Positions 1 through 10,119 are shown, counted from the first letter of the stretch. The stretch is 64,000 nucleotides of DNA from Methanocaldococcus sp. 28A (GCA_049852185.1 CP187540.1); one strand, 5' to 3'. The notes: generated by a model not told the origin, from the letters alone. Translations and numbers: made by a program.

Positions 1-114
1 TCTGTAGCATGTCGTAACATTATTAAATATCTTATTATTCGACAACCTCAGTTCATCCGTAAACTGTAAATATAGGAAAGAACTAACAAAATAATCGAAA
101 AAACTATTTAGTGA

Positions 115-1442
115 ATGAACATGCCAAAAACGATTAAATTATCTAAAATCGTGGTATTGAAGAGTAAGCCATTGACTAAGAGAAAAATAAAAATCATAGA
201 AAATACTATCAAAGCTTATAAAGAAATTTTATCTATTGCTTTAAATTATAGTTTAAAGAATAAAATAAAAAGCCATATAAAAATTAGAAAGGGGATATAT
301 GAAGAAATAAAAAATAAATATTCAAATCTACCGACTCATTATATTTACACTGCCTCACAAGATGTATCTACGAGAATAAAAAGCTTTATATCAATGAAAA
401 AGAGAGGAAAAGCATATACGGAAACTCCAGAAGTTAGAAACGTCTCTTTATGGTTGGACGATATTTTATTCAACTACAAAGATTTCAAAACCATATAGAA
501 AAACTATATTCGATAGATAAAAAAGGAAAGAAGACTTTGCATATAAGATTATCTACACCGAATGGTAGAATAGTTATTCCTCTAAAGCCACATAAACTGT
601 TTTTTAAACTGTTAAATGAATGTTGGAAAATAAAAGCTGGTTTTAAACTGAGATTGAATAAAGAGGATGGAACAGTAATGGTTTTAATCCCATTAGAAAA
701 AGAAATAACTATTAATGATGATTATAAAGCTGTTTATGCATTGGATTTTAATTTGGATAATATAACTTATGGTAATTTCGAAAATATAGAGATAATAAAA
801 ACTGATTTAGGAAAATTAACCGAAAAATACTCTAATATAATGGCTAATATCCAAGAGAAATTCTCATTTAAAGGTATTCATAAACAAGAAAAACCGTTAA
901 AGAGGAAAGGTTTTATCTTGCTTAAAAAATTCGGTAAGAGATTAAAGAATATCAGAGAAGATAAGTTAAAAAAGTTAGCTAACAAAATAGCAAAAGAACT
1001 TAAAGAAAAAGATACAGTTTTAATTATCGAGGATTTGTCCTCTTATTTTAACCAAAATATTGCTAAAAAGTCATTTAAAAAGCTAAAACATAGACTACAC
1101 AACATTTCCGCTAAAAAATTTTTAGACAATCTTAAAAATAAGTGCTTAGAATTCGGGGTTAAAGTTGTTGAGGTAAATCCAGCTTTCACTTCTATATTAT
1201 GCCCGAACTGTGGAAATAGATTATCTCAATTATATAGATTAGCCGATGAGAGGGCTCTGCCTTCGAGGCTAATGTATTGCTTCGATTGTGGATTTTATGC
1301 TGATAGAGATGTTGTAGCCGTTTTTAATTTGATAAAAAGATTCATGGGGCTGTATCCGTTCAGCCCGAAGTCCAATGAACTCATAGCAGAGGGAATGGTA
1401 TTCCTGATGAAGCTGTGGGTTAAGGACAACCCTTTTCTATAG
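115..1442 (+). pseudogene. tnpB: TnpB (IS200/IS605/IS607-family RNA-guided nuclease), split by a frameshift near 485-498
   Basis: ORF 115..498 has the TnpB N-terminal helical region. ORF 450..1442 has RuvC motifs ALDFN, IIEDL and ADRDVVAVFNL plus the zinc finger CPNCG...CFDCG. One extra A in ttcaaaacc would join the two frames. Confidence 0.85.
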
Positions 1443-1505
1443 CTATAAATTTATTAAATACTATCTATGAAATACTATATAACTATAATAAGCTATAGAA
1501 ATGGG
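1340..1505 (+). ncRNA. Putative omega-RNA/right-end region of the tnpB element
   Basis: Relatively GC-rich 3' tail overlapping the tnpB end. 1396-1499 has a homologous copy at 43948-44041. Boundaries are approximate. Confidence 0.45.
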
Positions 1506-1518
1506 AAACGGTGAGATT

Positions 1519-2442
1519 GTGAGGTATGTAGTAGGGCACAAAAATCCAGATACTGATAGTATAGCATCAGCTATTGTTTTAGCTTACTTCTTAGATTGTT
1601 ATCCTGCAAGATTGGGGGATGTAAATCCAGAAACAGAGTTTGTTTTAAGAAAATTTGGAGTTATGGAACCAGAGCTAATAACATCTGCTAAAGGCAAAGA
1701 AATAATTTTAGTTGACCACTCAGAAAAGAGCCAAAGTTTTGATGATTTAGAAGATGGGAAGTTAATAGCTGTTATAGACCACCACAAAGTTGGTTTAACA
1801 ACAGCTGAGCCAATTTTATACTATGCTAAGCCAGTTGGTTCAACAGCAACAGTTATAGCTGAACTCTACTTCAAAGATGCTATTGAGTTAATTGGTGGGA
1901 AAAAGAAAAAATTAGGAGCAGATTTAGCTGGTTTATTGTTGAGTGCAATAATATCAGATACAGTTTTGTTTAAATCACCAACAACAACAGAATTAGATAA
2001 AGAGATGGCTAAGAAGTTAGCAGAAATTGCTGGAATAAGCAATATAGAAGAATTTGGAATGGAAATTTTAAAGGCTAAGTCAGTTGTTGGTAAGTTGAAA
2101 CCAGAAGAAATTATTAATATGGACTTCAAAAACTTTAATTTCAATGGAAAGAAGGTTGGAATTGGACAAGTAGAAGTTATAGATGTCAGTGAAGTTGAGA
2201 GTAAGAAAGAAGATATATATAAATTATTAGAGGAGAAGTTGAAGAATGAGGGCTATGATTTGATTGTCTTTTTGATAACTGATATTATGAAAGAAGGTAG
2301 TGAGGCATTGGTTGTTGGTAATAAGGAGATATTTGAGAAAGCATTTAATGTTAAATTAGAAGGAAACAGCGTATTCTTAGAAGGAGTAATGTCAAGAAAG
2401 AAACAGGTTGTTCCTCCATTAGAAAAGGCATACAACGAGTAA
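1519..2442 (+). CDS. ppaC: Manganese-dependent inorganic pyrophosphatase (DHH family)
   Basis: GHKNPDTD, DHH and SRKKQ motifs. Start placed at GTG 1519 after RBS ggtga. Confidence 0.95.
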   Translation: MRYVVGHKNPDTDSIASAIVLAYFLDCYPARLGDVNPETEFVLRKFGVMEPELITSAKGKEIILVDHSEKSQSFDDLEDGKLIAVIDHHKVGLTTAEPILYYAKPVGSTATVIAELYFKDAIELIGGKKKKLGADLAGLLLSAIISDTVLFKSPTTTELDKEMAKKLAEIAGISNIEEFGMEILKAKSVVGKLKPEEIINMDFKNFNFNGKKVGIGQVEVIDVSEVESKKEDIYKLLEEKLKNEGYDLIVFLITDIMKEGSEALVVGNKEIFEKAFNVKLEGNSVFLEGVMSRKKQVVPPLEKAYNE

Positions 2443-2498
2443 AATTATTATAAATTTTCATTTTAATTTTTTGTTTTAATTAGCAAAAAAGTGATATT

Positions 2499-2738
2499 AT
2501 GCACTACTCTATAATAAAACCAATATGCAAAAAAGAAGTTGTTGAGATAGATAAAGGTTCTCTAAAAACTAAGAGAAAGTTTGCATTTTTGTTAGAAATA
2601 GAGGATAAAATATTAAAAAATAAAGAATTTTGGGCTAATGAAGATGTTGAAGTTGTAGTAGATTACTCTTTTACAAATTCTAAAAGACCTAAGGAAAAAA
2701 TTGAAATTTATATAATAAAAAATATAGAGAGGGAATAA
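2499..2738 (+). CDS. Small hypothetical protein
   Basis: 79-aa ORF with RBS gtgat, in an operon with the downstream genes. Confidence 0.7.
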   Translation: MHYSIIKPICKKEVVEIDKGSLKTKRKFAFLLEIEDKILKNKEFWANEDVEVVVDYSFTNSKRPKEKIEIYIIKNIERE

Positions 2739-2739
2739 T

Positions 2740-3015
2740 ATGGATTTAGAAGGAAAATGTTGTTTAATTCATGCTATTGGTGGAATTATTTTTGGTTATT
2801 TGGCAAATTATATATACACTGCTGGCTTAGGAATGTTTAGCGGAATTGCCACTTTGATATTTTTATTTATTGGAGCAGTAATTTTTGGACACATTTCTGC
2901 TAAAGTGTTTGGAGAAGAGAGTTTAACTCAAAAACAGTGGCTTGGCTGTGGAGTTCTACCATTTTTTTTAGTAGCTATAGTCGTCTGGATATTGAAGTTT
3001 AACGGGCTAATTTAA
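2740..3015 (+). CDS. Three-TM membrane protein, probably archaeal EMC6-like
   Basis: Three hydrophobic segments ending [14 protein letters not shown]. Resembles M. jannaschii MJ0606 from memory. Confidence 0.6.
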   Translation: MDLEGKCCLIHAIGGIIFGYLANYIYTAGLGMFSGIATLIFLFIGAVIFGHISAKVFGEESLTQKQWLGCGVLPFFLVAIVVWILKFNGLI

Positions 3016-3031
3016 ATATTGGGGTGAAAAC

Positions 3032-4312
3032 ATGGTTTTAAAAATGGATAAGTCAAAAGATTTATTTGAAGAGGCAAAAAAATACTTAGTTGGAGGTGTT
3101 AATAGCCCAGTTAGATACTTTAAGCCATATCCATTTTTTGTTGAGAGAGCTAAAGATTGTTATTTATTTGATGTTGATGGAAACTGCTACATAGATTACT
3201 GCTTAGCTTATGGTCCTATGGTTTTAGGTCATGCAAATGAAAAGATTATTGAAGCTGTTAAAGAGCAACTTGAATTAGGTAGTGCTTATGGATGTCCTAC
3301 AGAGAAAGAGATTATTTTAGCTAAGGAAGTTATAAAGAGAGTTCCTTGTGCAGAGATGGTGAGATTTGTCAATTCTGGAACAGAAGCAACGATGTCAGCA
3401 ATAAGATTGGCAAGAGGAGTTACTGGAAGAAAAAAGATTATAAAATTTGATGGAGCTTATCATGGAGCTCATGATTATGTTTTAGTTAAGAGTGGTAGTG
3501 GAGCTTTAACTCATGGACATCCAAACTCTCCAGGAATTCCAGAAGAAACAACAAAAAATACTATCTTAATTCCATTTAATGATGAAGATGCTGTAAAAAA
3601 AGCAATAAATGAAAATAAAGGTGAGATAGCTTGTATTATAGTTGAGCCAGTAATGGGAAATGTGGGATGTATCTTACCAAAAAAAGGTTATTTAGAATTC
3701 TTGAGAGAAATAACTGAGGAAAATGACATTTTATTAATATTTGATGAAGTTATAACTGGATTTAGATTGGCAAAAGGAGGAGCTCAGGAATATTTTGGGG
3801 TAGTTCCAGATATTGCTACTTTGGGTAAAATATTGGGGGGAGGGTTTCCAATTGGAGCTATTGTTGGAAAAAAAGAGATTATGGAGCAGTTTTCTCCATT
3901 AGGAGCTATATATCAAGCTGGAACATTCAACGGAAATCCGATATCAATAACTGCTGGAATTGCTACACTTAAACAATTGGATGATAAATTCTATAGAGAA
4001 ACAGCAAGAACAGCTAAAATATTGGCAGACACTTTAAGAGAGTTAGCTGATAAATACAATATTAAGGCTAAGGTTTATAACATTGCATCAATGTTCCAAA
4101 TATATTTCAATGAAAATGAGGTTTTAAATTATGAAATAGCTAAGCAGAGTGATGTTGAGAGATTTATGAAATACTTCTGGGGGTTATTAGAGAGGGGAGT
4201 TTTTGTTCCTCCTTCACAATTTGAATGTTGCTTTACATCAATAAAGCACAATAATGAAGTTGTTGATAAGACAATAAAGGCTATGGAAGATGTCTTTAAG
4301 AGATTAGAGTAA
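3032..4312 (+). CDS. hemL: Glutamate-1-semialdehyde 2,1-aminomutase
   Basis: [25 protein letters not shown] and GKILGGGFP motifs. Confidence 0.97.
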   Translation: MVLKMDKSKDLFEEAKKYLVGGVNSPVRYFKPYPFFVERAKDCYLFDVDGNCYIDYCLAYGPMVLGHANEKIIEAVKEQLELGSAYGCPTEKEIILAKEVIKRVPCAEMVRFVNSGTEATMSAIRLARGVTGRKKIIKFDGAYHGAHDYVLVKSGSGALTHGHPNSPGIPEETTKNTILIPFNDEDAVKKAINENKGEIACIIVEPVMGNVGCILPKKGYLEFLREITEENDILLIFDEVITGFRLAKGGAQEYFGVVPDIATLGKILGGGFPIGAIVGKKEIMEQFSPLGAIYQAGTFNGNPISITAGIATLKQLDDKFYRETARTAKILADTLRELADKYNIKAKVYNIASMFQIYFNENEVLNYEIAKQSDVERFMKYFWGLLERGVFVPPSQFECCFTSIKHNNEVVDKTIKAMEDVFKRLE

Positions 4313-4323
4313 ATTTATTGTTA

Positions 4324-4475
4324 TATGACTTTCGCAAGAATGAATTTTTTATTGAACATGGACTTCTTTATGCCTCTTAATAAGAAGGTGAAATTTACCT
4401 CAGTGAATATTATAATATTCAACTAACCATAGGTCTAACGCCTAATGGTTTTGATGAAACTTTTTCTAAAAGTTT
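4324..4475. repeat. MITE-B left end plus REP-like hairpin modules
   Basis: tatgactttcgca matches the IS701-like TIR. taaccataggtctaacgcctaatggtt and tgatgaaactttttctaaaagttt match modules inside 42602-42910 and 15320-15402. Confidence 0.6.
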
Positions 4476-4545
4476 ATGTGAGAATGGTCTAAGTAAGGTT
4501 GTAGGCATTAGATTATAACAAAAAGTTCAAAATGGAGAGATAAAA

Positions 4546-5277
4546 ATGATAAGGGAAATTTTTAGCTCAATAATGGGAGAAGGGAAATATATAGGAAGAA
4601 GGTTTATATTTGTAAGATTTGCTGGATGTCCATTAAAGTGTGTTTACTGCGATGAAAAAAGCAAAGAATATTTTAATAGAGTGGAAAAAATCCCAGGCAG
4701 TGGAGAATTTGAAACTTTACAAAATATGAAGATTGAAGATGTAATAAATGCTATAGACAAATTAAAAACACCAGATTTGTTTGCTATATCATTTACAGGA
4801 GGAGAGCCTTTATTATATCATAAACAAATAAAAGAAATCGTTGAAATTTTAAAAGATAAAGGATACAGAACATTTTTAGAGAGCAATGGAATGTTTCCAG
4901 AAAAAGTTTTTTATTTTGATATTGCATCTATAGACATAAAGCTGAGGGAACATTTTGACCATATAAAAGATGAAGATTATGAAAAACTCTACAAAAATGA
5001 GCTTAAAACAATAAAAAAGCTGTATAATTTAAATTCTGACGTCTATGCAAAGGTTGTTATAATGGAAAAAACAGATATAGAAGAAGTAAAAATAATAGCA
5101 AAGGATTTGAGTGATATAGGAAATATAACTTTATGCATTCAACCAGTAACACCTCATGGAAATATAAAATCTCCTTCTCAAAAGAAATTGTTTGAAATTA
5201 TGGAAGCTTGTGGAGAGTATTTGAAAGATAATGTTATGCTAACAATACAAATGCATAAGTATTTGGGGATGTTATAA
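4546..5277 (+). CDS. queE: 7-carboxy-7-deazaguanine synthase (radical SAM)
   Basis: EIFSSIMGEG, FVRFAGCPLKCVYCD, TGGEP and the C-terminal QMHKYL. Confidence 0.92.
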   Translation: MIREIFSSIMGEGKYIGRRFIFVRFAGCPLKCVYCDEKSKEYFNRVEKIPGSGEFETLQNMKIEDVINAIDKLKTPDLFAISFTGGEPLLYHKQIKEIVEILKDKGYRTFLESNGMFPEKVFYFDIASIDIKLREHFDHIKDEDYEKLYKNELKTIKKLYNLNSDVYAKVVIMEKTDIEEVKIIAKDLSDIGNITLCIQPVTPHGNIKSPSQKKLFEIMEACGEYLKDNVMLTIQMHKYLGML

Positions 5278-5465
5278 CAGTATCTCAATATAAAACATTG
5301 AACAGTTATCAAAAAACGATTTTATAAACGAGGTTTTGCATACTAATCTAAGGATTTATAAAGTAAAAGAGTATACAAAAGGACTAAAGAAATATTCAAC
5401 AATTAAGAAAACTTATAATAAATGTAAAAATAAAAAATATTGGTAATAGATACTGAGGTGGCATT

Positions 5466-5678
5466 ATGAATACATTAAAATTAAAGGGTGATAATAAAGA
5501 GAATTATAAATTATATTGGCATATTTGGTATATATTATTTGGAATTCTTCTTATCTTAATGTTTAATTTAAAACCTCCATATAAAACATTAATTATTGGG
5601 ACATTACTTATTATGATTTTATTTAGGATATCGATATTTTTTATTAGAATTTTAAAAATTACCAACGGCAAAATCTAA
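5466..5678 (+). CDS. Small two-TM hypothetical protein
   Basis: RBS gaggtgg and two hydrophobic stretches. Confidence 0.45.
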   Translation: MNTLKLKGDNKENYKLYWHIWYILFGILLILMFNLKPPYKTLIIGTLLIMILFRISIFFIRILKITNGKI

Positions 5679-5682
5679 TACT

Positions 5683-5867
5683 ATGACGGCTCTCCGCCCT
5701 AAAGGGCGGAGTTTCGAGAGAGCGAGCCTAAGCTCGCCCTCTCCGGCCCCGCCAAAGCCACTACCCGTATCCCATTAGGGATTCGGGGCTACGCTTTAAC
5801 CATTTCCATGTCCCCAGCGGTGGAGTTTTCGATAACCCCACCAATTAATAACTTGGACTGGGGACAT
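5683..5867 (-). ncRNA. Structured GC-rich RNA, omega-RNA-like, inside the IS605 derivative
   Basis: TATA box TTTATATA (complement of 5889-5896) lies about 22-25 nt upstream of a 10-bp stem (atgtccccag/ctggggacat). Further hairpins run to the right end. Confidence 0.6.
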
Positions 5868-6021
5868 AAGTTAGTTTATTAATTCGAGTATATAAAAGTT
5901 ATGTTTGTCCCACTCACCTCCCCTATCTCCTTGCTTCGCAAGGAGAGTAATGAAATCTGAAAGATTTCATCTGAATTCATCACCGCCCTAAAGGGCGGTG
6001 CTTTCTTAGCGACAATAAATG
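5683..6021 (-). mobile_element. Non-autonomous IS200/IS605-family element (PATE/MITE-like) with both ends intact
   Basis: Identical subterminal hairpin core ccgccctttagggcgg at both ends. On the minus strand the left end is TTAC|...AAAG-hairpin and the right end is GAAA-hairpin...TCAT|. No transposase ORF. Confidence 0.85.
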
Positions 6022-6149
6022 GTAAAACTATGAAAAATTTACCAATAATATTAAATAAGATTCATATAAAACTATAAAAAGAGTATAAAAAGAGAAAGAA
6101 TAAAACAAAAATTAAATAACTATTATTAATAACATAAGACACACTACCA

Positions 6150-6791
6150 ATGAAAAAAATGAGGGAGATTATGAATAAAGAAATATTAAAAAAGGTTATA
6201 GAACTAAAAAACAATGGGCTTACAATTGGAGAGATTGCTGAAGAACTCAACGTATCAATGGAAACAGCAAGATATTTAGTTTTAAATGCTGAGAAACTAT
6301 TAAAAGAGGAAGAAAAAACTATGAAACTTAAAAATGTAGATGTATTCATTAGTTGGAAAAATATTGGTTGTTCAGCAAATAGGTTAAAATGCATAAGCTC
6401 AATAATAGTTGATATCTTAAAAAGTAGGAATATTGAGTTTGATACTGTAGTAGGAATCTCTACAAGTGGTGTTCCTATAGCTACCTTAGTAGCTTCTGAG
6501 TTAGGGAAGGAGCTAACTATCTATATACCAAAAAAACATATATCTGAAGAAGGGAAAAAGATAACTGGTTCAATTTCACAAAACTTTTCTTCTGTAAATT
6601 ACAAAAGGGCTATTATTATAGATGACGTTGTAACAAGTGGAAGCACATTAAAAGAGTGCATAAAGCAATTAAAAGAAATTTGTAGCCCAAAATTTATAGT
6701 TGTATTGATAGATAAAAGTGGATTGGATGAAATTGAAGGAATACCATTAATTCCATTGATAAGAGTTGGAGTTGTAAATGTAGAACATTAA
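6150..6791 (+). CDS. gfcR: PyrE-like protein with N-terminal HTH (GfcR-type regulator)
   Basis: HTH GLTIGEIAEELNVSMETARYL and PRPP motif IIIDDVVTSGST. Confidence 0.75.
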   Translation: MKKMREIMNKEILKKVIELKNNGLTIGEIAEELNVSMETARYLVLNAEKLLKEEEKTMKLKNVDVFISWKNIGCSANRLKCISSIIVDILKSRNIEFDTVVGISTSGVPIATLVASELGKELTIYIPKKHISEEGKKITGSISQNFSSVNYKRAIIIDDVVTSGSTLKECIKQLKEICSPKFIVVLIDKSGLDEIEGIPLIPLIRVGVVNVEH

Positions 6792-6862
6792 ATAAATTTA
6801 TTTGTTTTATCTTTATTTTTTTATTCTAAATTTTTTTATACTAAAAATTTGGAGGGCTATTT

Positions 6863-7153
6863 ATGTTACCAAAAGCTACAGTAAAGAGGATAATGAAACA
6901 ACATACAAACTTTAATATATCTGCAGAAGCTGTCGATGAACTCTGTAAAATGCTCGAAGAAATTATAAAAATAACTACTGAAGTAGCTGAACAAAATGCA
7001 AGAAAAGAAGGTAGAAAAACTATTAAAGCAAGAGATATTAGGCAGTGTGATGATGAAAGATTAAAGAGAAAGATTATAGAGCTCAGTGAAAGAACTGATA
7101 AAATGCCAATATTAATTAAGGAGATATTAAATGTAATATCATCTGAATTATAG
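6863..7153 (+). CDS. Archaeal histone variant with C-terminal extension (MJ1647-like)
   Basis: LPKATVKRIMK...RKTIKARDI histone fold plus an extension of about 27 aa. Confidence 0.88.
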   Translation: MLPKATVKRIMKQHTNFNISAEAVDELCKMLEEIIKITTEVAEQNARKEGRKTIKARDIRQCDDERLKRKIIELSERTDKMPILIKEILNVISSEL

Positions 7154-7176
7154 TAGAAAAAGCAGAGGAGATTAAT

Positions 7177-7869
7177 ATGAGAATAGCAGTAACAAAATTC
7201 TTAGGGACTAATTGTGATTTAGATGTATGCCATGCAGTTAAATTAGCTGGTGGAAATCCTGAGCTTGTTTTTTTCACTCAAGAGAACTTAGATAACTATA
7301 GTGGAGCAGTTATTCCTGGGGGATTTTCTTATGGCGATTATTTGAGAGCTGGAGCAATAAGTGCAAGAACACCAATAATTAAAGGGTTAAAAAAGTTAGT
7401 TGATGAAGGAAAACCAGTATTAGGAATATGTAATGGAGCTCAAATTGGTTTAGAGGCAGGATTTTCTAAAGGAGTTTTAACAAACAACTTAAATTCAAGA
7501 TTTATTTGTAAATGGGTTTATATTAGAGTTGAAAATAACAAAACACCATATACACAGTATTATAAAAAAGGAGACATTTTAAAAATACCTATTGCCCACG
7601 CTGAGGGAAGATTTTACGCTGACGATGAAACACTCGACTATATGTATAAAAATAATATGATTGTTTTCAAATATTGTGATGAGACTGGAGAAATAACCGA
7701 GGAAGCTAATCCAAATGGCTCTATTGACAATATAGCTGGTGTTTGTAATGAAAACCAAAATTGTGTTTTATTAATGCCACATCCAGAAAGAGCAAGTGAG
7801 AAAATACTCGGCTCAGATGATGGGTTGAAGATGTTTAAAGGAATGATTGATTATGCTAAAAAACTTTAA
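7177..7869 (+). CDS. purQ: Phosphoribosylformylglycinamidine synthase subunit PurQ
   Basis: PGGFSYGDYLRAGAI, GICNG and MPHPERA motifs. Confidence 0.97.
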   Translation: MRIAVTKFLGTNCDLDVCHAVKLAGGNPELVFFTQENLDNYSGAVIPGGFSYGDYLRAGAISARTPIIKGLKKLVDEGKPVLGICNGAQIGLEAGFSKGVLTNNLNSRFICKWVYIRVENNKTPYTQYYKKGDILKIPIAHAEGRFYADDETLDYMYKNNMIVFKYCDETGEITEEANPNGSIDNIAGVCNENQNCVLLMPHPERASEKILGSDDGLKMFKGMIDYAKKL

Positions 7870-7899
7870 CATAATATATTAGAGTTTTAAATGCATATA

Positions 7900-8251
7900 T
7901 TAAGGGATTTAATTTTACTTTCTTGCTTTTATATACCCCTGCCTTAATTTTAGTACTAGAAAATTGATAAAAAGTATTACTAATTTTTTCTGATTAAAAT
8001 TTAGATTTTTTAGAGATTTTTGTTATTTGTTTTTATTGTGTAGATTTTATAGATAAATAAGATTTATTTTATATAAAATAATGTCTGATTATTGAGATTT
8101 TTGTTTATGGTTGTGCATTTTATTTATAAAGAGTTTGCACAATCTTTCTTACTCTTATAAAGGTTTCAATAATTGGGCAGTCAGAAAAATCGGATGTTAA
8201 AAGAAAGTTTTATATAGGAGTTTGTGTATTAGATAAGTAATAGTTGGTAGG
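7900..8251 (+). promoter_or_regulatory. AT-rich leader of CRISPR array 1
   Basis: Non-coding. BRE/TATA-like aaagttttatatag lies about 40 nt before the first repeat, and the degenerate repeat is at the opposite end of the array. Confidence 0.7.
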
Positions 8252-8889
8252 GTTTGAATAGTTAGTCCATTAAAACAAGGATGGAAACTCTTTTATTTTC
8301 TCGTATTGATTTGTACATCCAAGTTTGAATAGTTAGTCCATTAAAACAAGGATGGAAACGATTCAAACATTTTCATCAGATACATTCTTAATCACAAATA
8401 TGTTTCCATGTTTGAATAGTTAGTCCATTAAAACAAGGATGGAAACAAGAAATTATCAAAATTAAAAAAGGAAAAATATGCATTGTTTGAATAGTTAGTC
8501 CATTAAAACAAGGATGGAAACTGGTAATATTGTGCACAACTATGATTAGGCAATTGTGTTTGAATAGTTAGTCCATTAAAACAAGGATGGAAACAATATG
8601 GTTTTGCAAATGGCTAAAAGGGAAGGGTTAAATGTTGAAACGTTTGAATAGTTAGTCCATTAAAACAAGGATGGAAACATTCTACTATTTCTATCATGCC
8701 CTATCACCTCCCTGTTTGAATAGTTAGTCCATTAAAACAAGGATGGAAACTCTACTATAACATTCAACAACCTCTTAAGCTCTAACGTTTGAATAGTTAG
8801 TCCATTAAAACAAGGATGGAAACAATAGGTGAAACTATGGCAACGACTTATGAGATAATGTTTGAATAGTTAGTCCATTAAAACAAGGA
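8252..8889 (+). CRISPR. CRISPR array 1: 37-nt repeat GTTTGAATAGTTAGTCCATTAAAACAAGGATGGAAAC, 9 repeats (last truncated), 8 spacers of 34-50 nt
   Basis: Repeats start at 8252, 8323, 8410, 8485, 8558, 8642, 8714, 8787 and 8860. No cas genes in the window. Confidence 0.98.
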
Positions 8890-8913
8890 ATAACAAATAA
8901 AAAAGGCAAAATA

Positions 8914-8958
8914 ATGGGGGAGTATACCAATAGAGGGGGCGAAGCCCCCTCTATGGTT
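8914..8958 (-). repeat. REP-like GC-rich hairpin module
   Basis: atagagggggc-gaa-gccccctctat. Its reverse complement matches 42604-42648 at 42 of 45 positions. It supplies the stop codon of the adjacent gene. Confidence 0.85.
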
Positions 8959-10114
8959 TTAGATAAAAAAAGATACACTTTAAATATTCAAGATTTTTAT
9001 TTCCTATTGATATTGGATGGTCTGGAGCTTGCCCTTTATAATCAATCATAATTAACTCTTTTTTTGCTCTAAAAGCTGATGATATAACTGTTCTTTTAAA
9101 CATCTCCTTATCTACATGATGAGAGCAAGAACAAGATACAAATATCCTTTTAGCTAATTTTATTCCTAAATAATTTAGAGAGGCATAAGCCCTCAAAGCA
9201 TTTTTTATATCTTCTTCAGTTTGTGTAAATGCTGGAGGGTCTAAAATTACTATATCAAATTTCTCTCCATCTTCTATAAACTCTTCCATAACTTTAAAGG
9301 CATTCCCTTCAATAAACTCATACCTATCTTTTGGAATATTGTTTAGTTCCATATTTTCTTCAGCTGTTTTTAGTGCCTTTTTAGATAAATCTACTCCTAC
9401 AACCTCAGCTCCTTTTATAGCACAATGAACTGAAAATCCTCCAGTATAACAGCAAATATCTAAAACTTTATCTCTTTCTTTCACAAATTTCTCTATCTCC
9501 AATCTATTTTCTCTCTGGTCTAAAAAAAATCCTGTTTTATGCCCCTTAACATTTACTTTAAATTTAACTTCTCCCTCTTTAATAATTGTTTCAAATTTCT
9601 CTTTATTTCCAAAAATTTTATTTTTAAGAGGAGCTCCTTTCTTTCCTCTCTTTACATATATTGTTTCTAAGTCAGATAATTCAAATAAAATATCAACAAT
9701 ATCCTTTAAGTATACCTTTTCAATAAGCTTTGACATCAACTGCATAGCCCCTATCTCATTATATTTATCAAATATTATTGTTGGTAGTTCATCCCCTTCA
9801 GCATAAATCCATCTGTAAGTGTTTTTATAATTTAAAATATCTTCTCTATAAATTTTTGCATTAAATATTCTTTTGTAGAAGAAATCATAATCAATTTCTT
9901 CATTTTCAGTGGTTAAAATCTTTAAAATTACTGATTTTGGATTGTATAAAGCCTTAGCAACAAATTTTCCATTATATGTAAGAATAACTATCTCCTCTTT
10001 TTCTGGTAAATCTTCTTTGTTTTTTATTGCTTTAGTATATACCAATCTTGAAAAATTTTTTATTGAATTATATGCCCTCTTATCAATCTCTAATTTAATC
10101 ATTAGTTCCACCAA
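8951..10114 (-). CDS. RlmI-like class I SAM-dependent rRNA methyltransferase (PUA + MTase)
   Basis: KTGFFLDQRENR, VLDICCYTGGFS, ILDPPAF and APDHP motifs. Confidence 0.9.
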   Translation of the reverse strand: MVELMIKLEIDKRAYNSIKNFSRLVYTKAIKNKEDLPEKEEIVILTYNGKFVAKALYNPKSVILKILTTENEEIDYDFFYKRIFNAKIYREDILNYKNTYRWIYAEGDELPTIIFDKYNEIGAMQLMSKLIEKVYLKDIVDILFELSDLETIYVKRGKKGAPLKNKIFGNKEKFETIIKEGEVKFKVNVKGHKTGFFLDQRENRLEIEKFVKERDKVLDICCYTGGFSVHCAIKGAEVVGVDLSKKALKTAEENMELNNIPKDRYEFIEGNAFKVMEEFIEDGEKFDIVILDPPAFTQTEEDIKNALRAYASLNYLGIKLAKRIFVSCSCSHHVDKEMFKRTVISSAFRAKKELIMIDYKGQAPDHPISIGNKNLEYLKCIFFYLKP

Positions 10115-10119
10115 ACCAT

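Noticed and set aside
1-114. Possible IS607 resolvase (tnpA) 3' remnant before tnpB
   Set aside because: Only a vague Lys-rich ending with stops. The window edge prevents assessment.
8529-8543. Spacer 4 contains tgcacaactat, resembling the MITE-A terminal repeat
   Set aside because: Only about 9 contiguous matching bases in AT-rich DNA, and the rest of the spacer does not align.
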